This document shows, in pieces, positions 51,833 through 64,000 of a stretch of 64,000 bases of DNA. This DNA comes from Octopus sinensis (lineage: Eukaryota), in assembly GCF_006345805.1 (NCBI RefSeq), contig NC_043005.1:47182001-47246000 (forward strand). Direction: 5' to 3'. Both the position numbers and the translations under genes were made by a program. The notes under the pieces are model-generated. The model saw only the letters and a list, made by a program, of their open reading frames with translations. It searched no databases and was not told the DNA's origin. Within the stretch, counting starts at the first letter, position 1; each line of letters starts with the position of its first letter.

Positions 51833-52504
51833 TCATAGCTATAAATAAGATTTTTTCCTGTTTGTTTATGAAGTCACAAGGCCCTTTTGAACAAGGAAAA
51901 TTAAACTGTGTGGGATCCATGCATTTCTTAAAGGCGTAAATGCTTACTTATCGAAAAAGAAACCAATTGACTATACTATATGCCATGCGCAATTCACATT
52001 CACTTCTTTTATAGTTTTCATATACATGATATTTTATTGTCTCTTCCGGTGTGGAGGAGGGGAAATGCGTTGTTGTATCATTCATGCCTCTACTAAGTGC
52101 ATTATCAAACTATATTAAGTGAAATTGTTTCGATCGCAATATAGAGAATTGTACTTTACAGCGCTCACCTGTACGACACGTTATTAATGTTTTATGTTCC
52201 TAAATGTGTTTACTTCTATTTTTATTCCAAATTAGCACTGGACATTATGCGTCACAACACTAGAGCAGCTTTGTTCAAACGAAATAATTTAAAAGCACTT
52301 AGCAATCTAAACTGAAATTAATTTGGGAGTAGTGCTGTCTGAGCATTCTACAAAGTGTTTCCATTTTAAGTAAAAGTGCAAAGAATATATATTTAAGTAC
52401 TCCATAGTTCTGTATTTGTTAATAAAGACTATGCTTTCAGAAGACGGAAACTAAAGTTCAATCCAAATAAAAGAGCCTGTAATTTGTATTTGTGCAATTA
52501 TTAT

Positions 52505-52640
52505 TTTTACGTCCTGAGTTCAAATACCGCGAGGTCGGCTTTTGCCTTTCATCCTTTCAGAGTTGATAAAATACCAGTTAAGTACAAAGGATCTATTTCA
52601 TCGACTATGCTCTTTTCGCAAAATATTTGTAGCCTTGTTC
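52505..52640 (+). mobile_element. SINE family B fragment
   Basis: GAGTTCAAATACCGCGAGGTCGGCTTTTGCCTTTCATCCTTTC. Confidence 0.75.
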
Positions 52641-53335
52641 GTACGAGTAAATTACATTCATCTTCATTATTGATACGAAAATGTTCGTCTGTCTGTTCAT
52701 GCCTGCATTTATGTTTATAAACATACAAATAACTGAAGAAATTTGAATAAATCTTCTGAATAAAAGATAAGCTATTATGCCTAAATTATCACCTCCTAGA
52801 TGTCGTGAACTTTGCTTTGAAAATTAAGTAACATCTTTATATTTAAGGTCTTTGAAACCTTCAATATGTTTGTTATTCTATTTTTCGGAGTCCTTTCTCT
52901 TTACTGTGCCATTTTTGATCAGAATAAAGCATAGTAAGGTAATATGATCTTAGAACTTACCTCCGATAAATATATTTTGCAAGCTGGGAAATAATCTTCT
53001 TTCTAACAGTTTCAAGTGTTCTACATCAGTAATTGATTGTTCCTATGGTAATAAACCCATCGCCACATACAGATGAAAAAGCAACGCCACGCCATAATTT
53101 CACCTCTTCCCGTTAAAAGGCTGCAATGCAGTATGACCACAGTCCAATGACTGAAACAAGTAAAGAGATAAAAGATACTCTCAGAGTGGGATCTCTCACC
53201 AGTTCTGCAAAGATGGGATTCTAAGGTATCATTACAAGACACAGTACTTAATTCTTCACTCCAGAGCGCTTTCTGAGATCTTGGTGAAATTGTACACTCT
53301 GTGATTTGTTAACGGAAGCTTACTTCTATGGTTTT

Positions 53336-53417
53336 GAGACGTTTCGTTTTCGCATGGCCGTTTTGGCGTCGCTTATTTGGCGTCACTGATTTGGCGCAGG
53401 CTTATTTGACATCAGAC
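53336..53417. repeat. About 14-nt-period TTTGGCG minirepeat, four units
   Basis: TTTGGCG at 53362, 53376 and 53390; degenerate TTTGACA at 53405. Confidence 0.75.
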
Positions 53418-54310
53418 TTTTGAATCTCATTCTCTCCCTTCTTCCCTCTCTCTCTCTCTCTCTCTCTCTCTATTTTCCTGTCCCCCTCTTTCTCCTCTCT
53501 CCCTCCCCGCTTTCTCCTTCCCTCACCCTCTCTTTCTCCCTCCCTCCCTCTCTCCGTTTATGCGTATGAACATATTTGTATTTAAGTGTATGAGGAAAGG
53601 GAAAGTGTCTATGTCAGTCAGGTTAAAAATTGTAAAGACCTTTTTTTTCTACCACTCACTTTCTCTACGTTTCTTTCCCTCTTTCTATCTGTATGTGTAA
53701 ATTTCTCCGCCAGTGCATGCACATGTATGTGTTTGCCTTCAGCACCATAAAATACAGTTGCAAAAACAAGTGATTACACTCAAAACTTTACTCAATCTGG
53801 TGATCCAAGTCTTGGTAGGATCTTTTTATTCCCAACTTTTGATTTATACATTAAAAAAAAAGGTTCTTGTTTGCATTTTTATTTTTTGTTTTTAAAAACT
53901 GTACATACGATAGTGCAACACGTTTGCGATTCTTATGTAAAGATAACAGAAATTGTAAATTGTAGCAGTGTTTCATTTCGTAACCAGACGGGCATATAAC
54001 AACATGACAGCCAAAATTCTAGATCTTTAGCGTGGCACAACTTTATGTATGGTCATACCTGTGAGTCCCATACAGCAAAATGGATGCAACACAACATGCT
54101 GAACGGCGTCCCACCCAGGATGGGACGAATCGAGTGTTGTACAAAATAAAGATCAATACCAAATCCATATTCTGGATATTTAAGAAATTATTGTTATTAT
54201 TATTATTATTATTATTATTCAAATATATATATATATAATACATATACATACATAAACACACACACGTACGCATACGCACACATATGTGTGGATACACATA
54301 CACACACATA

Positions 54311-54470
54311 TACGGCGGATTTCTTTCAGTTTCTTTCTGCATTATCCACTCGGAAGATTTGGTTGGTGCGGGCTATAGCAGAAAACACTTGCCAAGGTAC
54401 TTCGCCGTGGGATTGAACTCGGAATCGTGTGGTTGGGAAGCAAGCTTCTTACCTTACAACTACGCCTGCG
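54311..54470 (-). mobile_element. SINE family A 5' half, degenerate
   Basis: GCTATAGCAGAAAACACTTGCCAAGG...GTGGTTGGGAAGCAAGCTTCTTACC. Confidence 0.8.
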
Positions 54471-54668
54471 CTTACAAACACACACACATATAAATATAAG
54501 TATTGTGTGCGATCTGTGTATGTACTTACGTATGTATGTATGTATGTATACATGTATGTATATTGTCATAACTGTTCCAAATTCACGTAGATTAATTTTC
54601 GTGATGGAAGATTATTTTGCGCTGAATTATGTTACCCAACAAGCTGCATGATATGACCAGCACACCTA

Positions 54669-54720
54669 CTACTACTACTACTACTACTGCTACTGCTGCT
54701 GCTGCTGCTGCTGCTGCTTT
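54669..54720. repeat. (ACT)n-(GCT)n trinucleotide repeat
   Basis: Directly visible. Confidence 0.95.
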
Positions 54721-55211
54721 TGCCACCGCTGCCTTGCTTGTAATAACAAACCATTTTTACAGAGGTGACCAAACGAACAAAAAGGAATTGTTTCTAAAAT
54801 GCTGCTCTTTCTTTCATTTCTTCTCTCCTCCACTCTCTCCCTTTCTCTGCCTCTCTCTCTATTTTCTCTCTCTCACTCTCTCTTTCACTCTCTTTGTCCC
54901 CCTCTCTCTTTACCCCTATGCTAAATGACATTTCTAATCTATTAGATTAATCTTTCCATGATTTCCTATCGTGACTGACTGGCTTCCATACGGTTTTAGT
55001 TCTACAACTAATTTCAGGAGATCACGTTTTTATCAACGGCAAGTTGAATAGATTTGGTTTAGGTTTGTAAATGTACCACCACATACAGCTTTAAATACAA
55101 GAGCTTAGAGGAGCCATCAAGAGAACTTCTACGTGGAAGCTAGTCATGCTAGAAATAGGAGCCATAAACCCCTCAAATCAAATCCTTTTGTCTAGTCTAA
55201 GGTTACTAATG

Positions 55212-55340
55212 TACGAGGGAGTGCTGAAATGTTCCTGGCTTTTGTGTTAAAGAAAATACAGGGGGATCAGTTAATTATGATTTTATTCAACATAATCCCT
55301 TCTCAGATTCGCACACTTATTGCAGCGGTCCTTCAATGTC
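55212..55340. mobile_element. Mariner-derived MITE, partial copy
   Basis: TACGAGGGAGTGCTGAAATGTTCCTGGCTTT TIR; interior is the reverse complement of about 50800-50880. Confidence 0.7.
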
Positions 55341-55344
55341 TCTG

Positions 55345-55500
55345 AACCGGGTTCCATATGTCCCTTGGGGGTCCATATAAGATTTTGTTAGAATTTATCG
55401 GCAATAAATTGGTCATACTTCTACAATGCGCATAATATTTTAATAATTTTTCTAATACAGTTCCTATATATATTTAATTACACAAATATAATATATTTTC
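55345..55500 (+). mobile_element. hAT-like MITE fragment, same family as 6490-6718
   Basis: GGGGGTCCATATAAGATTTTGTT...GCAATAAATTGG. Confidence 0.45.
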
Positions 55501-56799
55501 ACAACATCTCTGAGCGCCAAGCGCTTCTCAGGAATGCAACTTCGAGAGATGGTTGTGATCTGGAAACAGTTTTGAGTAGGAACCGGAAAGAGACGTATGT
55601 AGATGCAATGCGCATGTGCACTCTGGATTCATAAAACGGAAGAGAAAAATAAAAGCGCAATGCGGATATCAAAACAAAATGGAAGAGAAGAATAAAACAA
55701 GTTATATGATGGTCTGCATGCCACGTCTGACACCATTATTACGCAGCGTTGTTGCAATTTTCTTGTTTACTGAATGGTTATGGAGATTCATCCGAGTAAA
55801 ATAGGCTGAGAAATGGCTGAGAAACGCTGCATTAGATAGTGCCATCCTATATGCAGATAAAAGATGGAGTGGTTACAGATAAAACACTTCTAATAATAAC
55901 TCTACTCAATCAGGGCTAACCTGGGGCCAAACAACAGCAATAGAATCATAGTTTCTTACTAACATCCTCCCTTTCTCTATCTTCCCTCTCACGCTCCCGC
56001 ACGCTTGCTTTTCTTACGCATGCTCTTTATAACAGTGAACACAAATTTTATTACGTCAAGCATATTTCTAATGTCCGGTTAAACATAGGTTCCCTCTGCT
56101 GAGAATGTCTTCTTAAGAGCTCTGTAATATTTTCCTTTTAGTGTCGGCTTTATGTATGGAATACCTTAGAGCAGCGTTTCCTCTTTTTTTATGCTTCATG
56201 TATAAAACATTAGACTATTTGTGTGTTCCGTATAAAAATTAATAATTAACGATTCGGAACTTGATTGTCATGCTATTATTAAAATCTCATCCATATTGTA
56301 AGTGAGTTAGCAAATTATTATTTCATTTTCGATGCATAGATATACAAGCGAATACATACAGGAGGAGACATATGAATATTTTATATCTCTATTTCTAAAT
56401 ACTACATATGATAGATCCAGGTTGAATGAGAATTATTCAGATAGTCGAGTGATAATGGTTTCTTTAAGAACAAATATTTTTGTATAAACAACGGTTTTAA
56501 ATAATTACTATATTAGCTTCAAATATGATAGACAATAGAAATTGAAATCGAAAGGTGACATGGTAAGGAAATAAATTTAATGTTCCGCCTAAATTCTGAT
56601 CATTGTGTTTTTGAAACAAAAGCTGAGATTGCCCGATATCAAAAAATTGTACATCTGCTAACTTATACGTTACACACATTTGAAATGTGTTATATTTTCA
56701 ATACTTCTCTGCTTAATGCATGAACAAGACTGCTTAAACTTTCTGCAGGTAAACATTACATACACACACGCGGGCGTGTGTACATCTACACACTTTATA

Positions 56800-56857
<58 letters not shown>

Positions 56858-56922
56858 TGCGTGCGTGTTGCTATATCTGGGTGCATCTGCGTACGGAATA
56901 TATTTTCTGTAACAATTTCAAA

Positions 56923-57153
56923 GGCGGCGAGCTGGCAGAAACGTTAGCACGCCGGGCAAAATACGTAGCCGTATTTCGTCCGTCGTTACGTTCCGAGTTC
57001 AAATTCCGCCGAGGTCGACTTTGCCTTTCATCCTTTCGAGGTCGTTAAATTTAGTACCAGTTACGCACTAGGGTCGATGTAATCGACTTAATCCCTTTGT
57101 CTGTCCTTGTTTGTCCCCTCTGTGTTTAACTCCTTGTGGGTAGTAAAGAAATA
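56923..57153 (+). mobile_element. SINE family B full copy with an 18-bp TSD
   Basis: TTTTCTGTAACAATTTCA at 56903-56920 and 57158-57175. Confidence 0.95.
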
Positions 57154-58273
57154 TATTTTTTCTGTAACAATTTCATCGCGGAGTTGACACCTACCTTTAA
57201 TGGAACTTCCAAGCAATTAGTAAACAACAAGAAAATAAACAGTGGAATTCTCGCTCAAGAAATGAGACTTCAGCTTTTGGCAAACTTTCCGATCACTGAA
57301 GTGTTGTTTCCCCTCTTCTATCAGCAATAGGTTGTCAAAGCCTAATAACTACTAAATTATAAAAAACATGTGGATGTGAGTCCACTGATGATATTTAAAT
57401 GGTACTTTTTCTTACGAATTTTTCTTTCTTCCTGCAGATGTAACTTCCTGTCGATTGTAACACTGAGTACAGATATTTGCTTACCTTTGAATTCTTTATT
57501 CAACGATCTCCCGTCTGATATCATTATACAGAATGATTTAGTGGTGTCATAAGATCCAAACCACTTCTAGTATTCTCGTACTGGAAAGGCTACGATCTCG
57601 TCATTACACGTATGCATTGTTTCTATGTATCATCACTGCCATCAATATTTCAAAGAGACTACATTTATGTAATGTATTTGTGGTTAACCTCACTGCAAAT
57701 TTTTAAGTAGTAGACTGGCTTTCAAACAGAGGTTGTTCCAACAAGTATTCAAAACACTACGGCGTATGAGTAAACGCGGCAGCGCATTGGGTGCATTTTC
57801 TTTTCTGTCCATTGGCTCAATCAACTGCAAAAGATAATTTTAATGATCACCTAAACTTTAAAGTATTATTAATAGGGTGATGATGATTTTATATATTATA
57901 GCATTATGCATTTGCTGCTTTACCACAAAGCGTGGCAACGCTATGGTCTTAGGTTATTTCAGTTAAACTATGAAACTGGGAAAATCTTGAAACGGTGAAT
58001 GGACTAATATAAAGGACTAATAAGGAAATATGGAAACCCTTGAATACAAATTATTAAACTCAAACATAGTTGTATCTTGAATATAAAATGTTTGACAAAA
58101 TATATTCCGTACACAGATGCACAAAGAGAGCAACACACACACACACACACACACACCACACCACACATACACACACAAAAAACACACAAACACACACATG
58201 TATGTACTTATAGAAGTAAATGTGGGGATAAGCAAGTTAGACATTAAATACATGAACTGCAAAAAATGTATGT

Positions 58274-58630
58274 ATGTTTACATTCAAAAAGTCCGACTTA
58301 CACAGAATAGAATTGATATCGAGAATTAAGGGGGTTGAAGAAAATTATTACAAATCCAACAGCTGTTTCTGGGGTCTCGGTGGTCCAAAATGATTTTTGT
58401 AGATTGAGGTGTTGAAGGAAACACGTCTTTCCTTCAACACCTCAAATGTAAGATTTCTTCCTTGAAGACGGAGGCTCGTCACATACGACAATGGAATCAA
58501 TCTACAAACAATATTTTAGATACCGTGCCCCCAGAAACATCTGTTGGATTTGTAATACTTTTCTTCAACGCCTTTAATTCTCAATATTATTTCTACTCTG
58601 CATAAGTTGGAACTTTTTGTATGTAAACAT
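58274..58630. repeat. About 357-bp imperfect inverted repeat with a nested 17-bp perfect hairpin
   Basis: Arms 58274-58407 and 58497-58630; inner TGAGGTGTTGAAGGAAA-CACGTC-TTTCCTTCAACACCTCA at 58405-58444. Confidence 0.92.
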
Positions 58631-58633
58631 ATA

Positions 58634-59452
58634 TACGAGGTTTGATCAATACGTATCCGGACTGGTGCCATAGTAACGAAACTAAACCACGCAAACTAAA
58701 GCCACTTTACATAGATTTACCTTCAACACAGTTGTGTATACGCACAAACTTTTAACGTTCTAGCTCACTTCCGCTGTTTACAGCAGTGATTGGAAGAAAG
58801 GTGTGTAGCGTGTTAACTTCGCATTGACCATGACAGAGAAGGTTGTCATGACGATATCTGCTCAGAGGTCAATGCAAGGTTGATATTAACGAATGTTCTG
58901 GAAGACCCGCAAGCAGCAGAACTGAGAAAAACATCGCAGATGTCCGTGTAGAAATCGTCGAATCCCCATCCGTGAGTTATCAAAGGATGTGCAGATAAGT
59001 TATGGTTTAGTTCAGTCCATTATCATTGAAGATTTGGTTTGATACGCGTGTCTGCCAAGTTTGTGCCAAAACTGCTTTCAGCTGACCAAAAAGACACCCG
59101 GGTTTCAGTTGCACAAGATCCTCTTGATTGTGTCGCGAACGATGAAAATGGTTTGAAAAGTTTGCGCTGGCCGCTGAGCAGGTATCACCAAGCTTTTGGC
59201 AAAATTTGATGCAGATTTTCTGTTCAACTTTCCCTGTCATGGTGAATGCGACAATCACGCGCTACAGACCTTTCTTCGAAGGACCACTGACACGCTACAC
59301 ACGTTCCTTTCAAGCACTGCTCTAAACAGCGGAAGTAAGCTAGAACGTTAAAACGTAGTGCAGATGCACAGAGTAAAGCCAAGCGGTTTTACTGTGTGCA
59401 ACAGCTTCGTTGCTATAGCAAGAGCCCGGGTACTTATTGATCAGATTACGTA
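58634..59452. mobile_element. Mariner derivative made of two left ends in inverted orientation
   Basis: TA-bounded TIRs (TACGAGGTTTGATCAATACGTATCCGG and its diverged reverse complement); plus strand encodes MTEKV, SGRPASSRTEKNIADVR and RVSAKFVPKLLSADQKDTR; minus strand from about 59240 encodes MTGKVEQKICIKFCQKLGDTCS. Confidence 0.88.
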
Positions 59453-59583
59453 AATTTTTTTGTAGTTCATGTATTTAAGGTACATATATGCATATATATG
59501 CATATATGCTATATATGCATATATGTATATGCTCACTCACACTCGCATGAAATACTCGCATGCACACCCAGATATATTTGATT

Positions 59584-59710
59584 ACCGTTTGATGTGTTGT
59601 TGTGTTTACATCCCCGTAACATAGTTGTTCGGTAACAAAGACCGATAGAATAAGTTCCAGTTTAAACAATAGCAAAAAATGATTATTGGGTCAATCCATT
59701 CGACTAAAAT
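59584..59710 (+). mobile_element. SINE family A 3'-half fragment
   Basis: GTGTTTACATCCCCGTAAC...GACCGATAGAATAAGT. Confidence 0.7.
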
Positions 59711-59757
59711 TTCTTCTGTGCGATGTCACAACATTTAAAACAGTTAAAAAATAAAAC

Positions 59758-59799
<42 letters not shown>

Positions 59800-59940
59800 T
59801 ACAGAAGCATACATACGCATGAGTATCTATATATGTATATATAGTTGTATATCTGTATGTATGTATCTTTGATCATCTGCATTGGTATAAAAGAAAATCC
59901 TGTATTATACACACGCACACATACTCATATGCATTCATCT

Positions 59941-59990
<50 letters not shown>

Positions 59991-60169
59991 TTCTCCCCCT
60001 CTCCTTCTCTCACACTCACACACAGCTGCTCTCAAATAAACATTCAGTTTTGCATTATATTAGGCATTATGCTGTATATGCTAACATGTGTCTCACTTTA
60101 CTCCCTCTGTGTAGCTAATTTCTATGAAATGAATGTAATACAACCATTATTACAATTTATACTCGGTCA

Positions 60170-60430
60170 ATTCATTTAATATCCAGGATCCATTTTAGAT
60201 TGCATAGCCGGAAGGTGTTGAAACGCCGTTCTTGCTTGGAGATGATGCTTCAGTTCAGGTCTCACTGCTGTAAAACTGTGTGCTGAGGACTCATGCACTG
60301 AATATTGCAACCTTGTTGTGCACCTTTAGCTAAGTGTTTTCCCAGACTCACATTTTTTGTCTAGCTAGATTTGATCTGCTCTTCCAATATGTCCATAGAT
60401 ATGAGACACTGAAGGAATGTTCGGGATTGT
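60170..60430 (-). mobile_element. RTE-clade LINE relic (RT C-terminal region)
   Basis: NKVAIFSA*VLSTQFYSSET*T and KQERRFNTFRLCNLKWILDIK* match the RTE pattern TKxxxxxACVLSTLLYxSETWT...QERRLNxFHLRCLRRIL. Confidence 0.75.
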
Positions 60431-62491
60431 TCAATCCTTTCACACAGGTATTAAGAATGTCATTTAGTTTTAATGTTTGTTTTTTTTCGGAAGCCTTCAG
60501 CAACTGTCATGAAATGAAAGCGGTTCTGCGTGCTTCCTCTATCCAGTCCGGTATCTTCTTCGCTATCACGCTGATCAACTCGTATTTATCTTTATACCAG
60601 ATTAGACAGGAAAGTAATTATTCTTTTTCAATTATAGCTGATAACCAAAGTACGCGAAATACTCATCAAAGACGTGCAGTTTACAAATGCCACGACACTA
60701 TCAACACACTTGGAGGAGAAACTGCCCCCCCCCCTAATGAAAATCTCAACAAGAGCCTGTCAAGACTTCGGCTTTACAATCAGTTCTGAGCCAAGGTATT
60801 GAGCACTCTGATACCATTACCATCAACGACTGCGGCAGTCCACGTATTCACATACTTGGCTACACTATCGCGGAAGTATATTCATACAAACATTCATACA
60901 AACGCGCGAACTTACACATATACATACATGTGTATATGTATGTGTGCGTATGTTTATGCTCTCTGCCTGGTGACTACCGTTCAATGGACAGTAAACTCCT
61001 TTCAACCCTAACCTAACAGTGTATACGAAGTAATTTATTTCAATTTCTGGTCAAAACTACTTCATTATTTACACGAAAAACACATAACTTGCATTTCTTC
61101 CAACCTAACAAAAAGTCAAGGAAGTGAGTATACTTCACATATGTTTAGGAGAATGTAAATTCTCATTCAAAATTGCTCATAATACATATGCATGCCTCTG
61201 TTAGAGTGTATAGTGACGAGAATAGTATTAAATCATCTATCAGACGAATAAGGCTATAAATATTTTATGAGGTCATTTATAACAATTTTCTCATTTTTCT
61301 ATTACCTTTAATGTAGTCTGTTTCATTATTTTACATATTAAATCTCAAAATTATCCTTCCAAACTTTGATTCACTATATATTTTTATTATTTCTATTGCA
61401 GAGTAATCCATGTGTAACTAACTTTTCTTCCATACAACAGTAGCAATGTTTGGAATGAGAAGAAAAGAAAGAAAACATTTTCCAGCAGAGTTAATGAACG
61501 AATGCAATGCCATATTATATGTTCTATATGCACCGATGGATGGTTTTTCATTTGGCCCACATAAAATCACCTCATATTCGTGACTCTCAATAAAAATATG
61601 GATTCTTCATCTGATGGTGCTTTCAATTTAGTATTTACATTAAGTAAATAAGAGTAATTTGTGAGAATAGTTACTTTCTATAGTCTTTTTTCTTTTGTAT
61701 ATCCACGCAAAAATTCTTTAGACTTCATTAGTTTCTTTTCTGAATTCAATACGTTGACAACTTGTTTGCGCCTTCTAGTCACGTGTCATTCGATCTTCTC
61801 CGGGGATGGCTTTCATTACAGCCAGCAGCAAACAAATATAGGAAAACAGCATCATATAAAAGTATCAAAAGGAAAGATGTTGAATCAAGAAACTGGGAGA
61901 ATGTTCACTGGCTAAAGAAAATCCATTCAGTTAAGATCATTGTAAAAATCTGAACCATTTAATTGGAAAACTACTGATACGGCGGTATTCCTGCAGTAAT
62001 GTGCGCGCGTGTATGCCTGTAGCCGGCTTTTACCAACACTATTTAAGCTCATGGATAAAGAAAATAAGAAACGTAACACAAAAAGTAAAATAAAATAAAA
62101 CAATGGAAGAGATGAGGGATTATTTAGCCATAATATCTTGGTTTTATATAAATTTATTTGCAGCAAAGACCTTAGCGTACAAATTTCATTATATGAATAA
62201 TTCACAGAGGAATGGTTTCATTCCTGCATTCTGAATTCTCAGTTAAAATCAACTTTACCTTTAGTTGTTTAGAGGTCAATAAATTAAGAACCTGCCGATG
62301 GAAGTGGGCTGGCAGAATTTTTGTGCGTAAGGGTAGAATCTTTGCAGTTCTTTACATTCTGTTTTAAAATTCTGTCTAGGTTACCCAACGAAAAGGAAAT
62401 AAACTCAAGTTCTCCGACAGGCCAAGTGTGGCAACTAGAATAAATCTTCGAAACAATGCCGGCACCAAATGTGTGTGTGTGTGTATGTGAC

Positions 62492-62524
<33 letters not shown>

Positions 62525-62568
62525 GACCATGTATGTGCTAGTTAAGAGTTAGTAATTTGCTCTCATGT

Positions 62569-62820
62569 GGAGGCGCGTGGCTTAGTGGTTAGGGTGTCAG
62601 CATCATGATTGTAAGATTGTGGTTTCGATTCCTGGACCGGACGACACGTTGTGTTCTTGAGCAAAACATTTCATTTCATGTTGCTCCAGTTCACTCAGCT
62701 GGCAAAAATTAGTAACGCTGCGATGGACTGGCATCCCATCCAGCTGGGGAACACATACGCCATTGAAACCGGGAAACCGGGCCCATGAGCCTGGCTAGGC
62801 TTTAAAAGGGCGCATTTATT
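62569..62820 (+). mobile_element. tRNA/CORE-type SINE, tail variant 2
   Basis: A box TGGCTTAGTGG, B box TTCGATTCC, CORE block, then GCGATGGACTGGCATCCCATCCAG; TAATTTGCTC at 62553 and 62828 as a possible TSD. Confidence 0.88.
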
Positions 62821-62904
62821 TTTTACTTAATTTGCTCCATTGCTTCGTAATTTTTAGAAACCTATGAGTAGGTGTGATTTAAGGGTTAATATTTCCCGAA
62901 TGAA

Positions 62905-63070
62905 GGCTGCGAGCTGGCAGAATTCTTATTTCAAATTCAACCGAGATCCTCTTTGCCTTTCATTCTTTCGGGGTCGACAAAGTAAGTACCAGTTGAACAC
63001 TGGCATCGATATAATCGACTTGTCCTCTCCTCGGAATTGCTGGCTTTGTGCCAAAATTTGAAACCAATAT
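62905..63070 (+). mobile_element. SINE family B, internally deleted, alternative tail
   Basis: GCGAGCTGGCAGAA...CTTTCATTCTTTCGGGGTCGA...GTGCCAAAATTTGAAACCAAT. Confidence 0.8.
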
Positions 63071-63874
63071 TTCCCGAATGACGACAAATTATGTTATGTC
63101 CACATAGCACCACTATCTTATTGATGACTGTAGATCGAAAATATTGTAGGCCTAAACTGGTTGGTTTGCTGTGATATGATGAGGTCTACCAAGTCCAAAC
63201 CTGTGATCTTAAAAGGGGATCTTTTTTGAGTAGTTGGTCAAATCCGATGGCTGAAAGTTTGCGCCAATTGATCTGAGATTTTTGGGCGCCTAAAAACTAT
63301 CCAGCAGATGCCTTCTTCGTTTACAAGATATCAAAATACTCGATATCCAATTGAGGGATTTTGCCCACATCAATATCAATATTCAGTTATTCAAAGTCTG
63401 CAGGTTCGTAACCCATTGAAATACGGAATACATATGGTGTTCCTATGATGTAATTTGAGCAGTGTGTTTTCAATGTAAGCTAACTTCTAATTGAAACCAG
63501 TTCTATAAATTACATCGTTATAATAGGTATTTGTCCTATGGAAGATGTTTGCGACTGAAGACAAAGCAGTTACCTACTTGTTCTAATGAAAGGAAATTTG
63601 AAGGATATATGTTCGTGAACAAAATGGGAAAATGTAAATGAATAATCTGAGGGTTTTGCAATGAGTAGTTCTGTTGTTCCTGTTATAGAATTACTTATTT
63701 GATTATATTTTAAATGGATGACTATTAAACACACTTGAATTATTTACCTAATGCACAAATAAATGTAACGTGAAAAGCTTATTACTTTAAATTTTTGAGT
63801 TGCTGTTACCATCTACTCTTTCACGCAATTTCCGTTAACCTAGTTTTACACACAATTTTCGGGTCGATTTGTAG

Positions 63875-64000
63875 GTTTATTAGAAGGCAGGTTCCCAATA
63901 TGACGCAAAGTGAATCAAACACAGGACTTCATGATTCCGAAGCAAATTTTCAGAAGTATTTGGCCATATCCACACCTTTCACTGTTACTGTTTTGATACA
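63875..64000 (+). CDS. Candidate internal coding exon running off the window
   Basis: TTTGTAG acceptor, then 41 open codons FIRRQVPNMTQSESNTGLHDSEANFQKYLAISTPFTVTVLI; ends hydrophobic and has an N-x-T sequon. Confidence 0.25.

Noticed and set aside
60334-60789. 151-aa plus-strand ORF
   Set aside because: Partly antisense to an RTE relic, no ATG start, no recognisable domain
63150-63420. Minus-strand frame of about 90 codons with four stops (IDIDVGKIPQLDIEYFDIL...)
   Set aside because: No recognisable family and no splice support; cannot be called a pseudogene without a search

Overview
AT-rich eukaryotic DNA packed with microsatellites and transposons. It is most likely octopus or another coleoid cephalopod, inferred from the tRNA/CORE-type SINE families and the (TA)n/(CA)n/(GATA)n/(TAA)n density. 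I could not confirm any intact host protein-coding gene, and most ORF-track entries are translated microsatellites or SINE sequence. Supported content: three tRNA-derived SINE groups (over 25 copies, several with target-site duplications), R4/Dong-like, RTE, Penelope-like and I/Nimb-like LINE relics, mariner relics and MITEs, and a Helitron-like element. The most interesting signals are RNA structures: two copies of a minimal hammerhead-ribozyme variant (CUGUAGA core, palindromic ACGU stem III) in Penelope-like termini, a perfect 116-bp palindrome centred inside a half-hammerhead, a pri-miRNA-like hairpin at 22100-22186, and several long foldbacks including a 450-bp one whose arms differ only by 1-nt indels. 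There are also two LINE/non-autonomous partnerships (a (TAA)n-targeted pair and a shared 45-nt RTE tail). A few weak exon candidates are listed at low confidence. Coordinates were read by eye and may be off by a few bases, more so at degenerate element ends.
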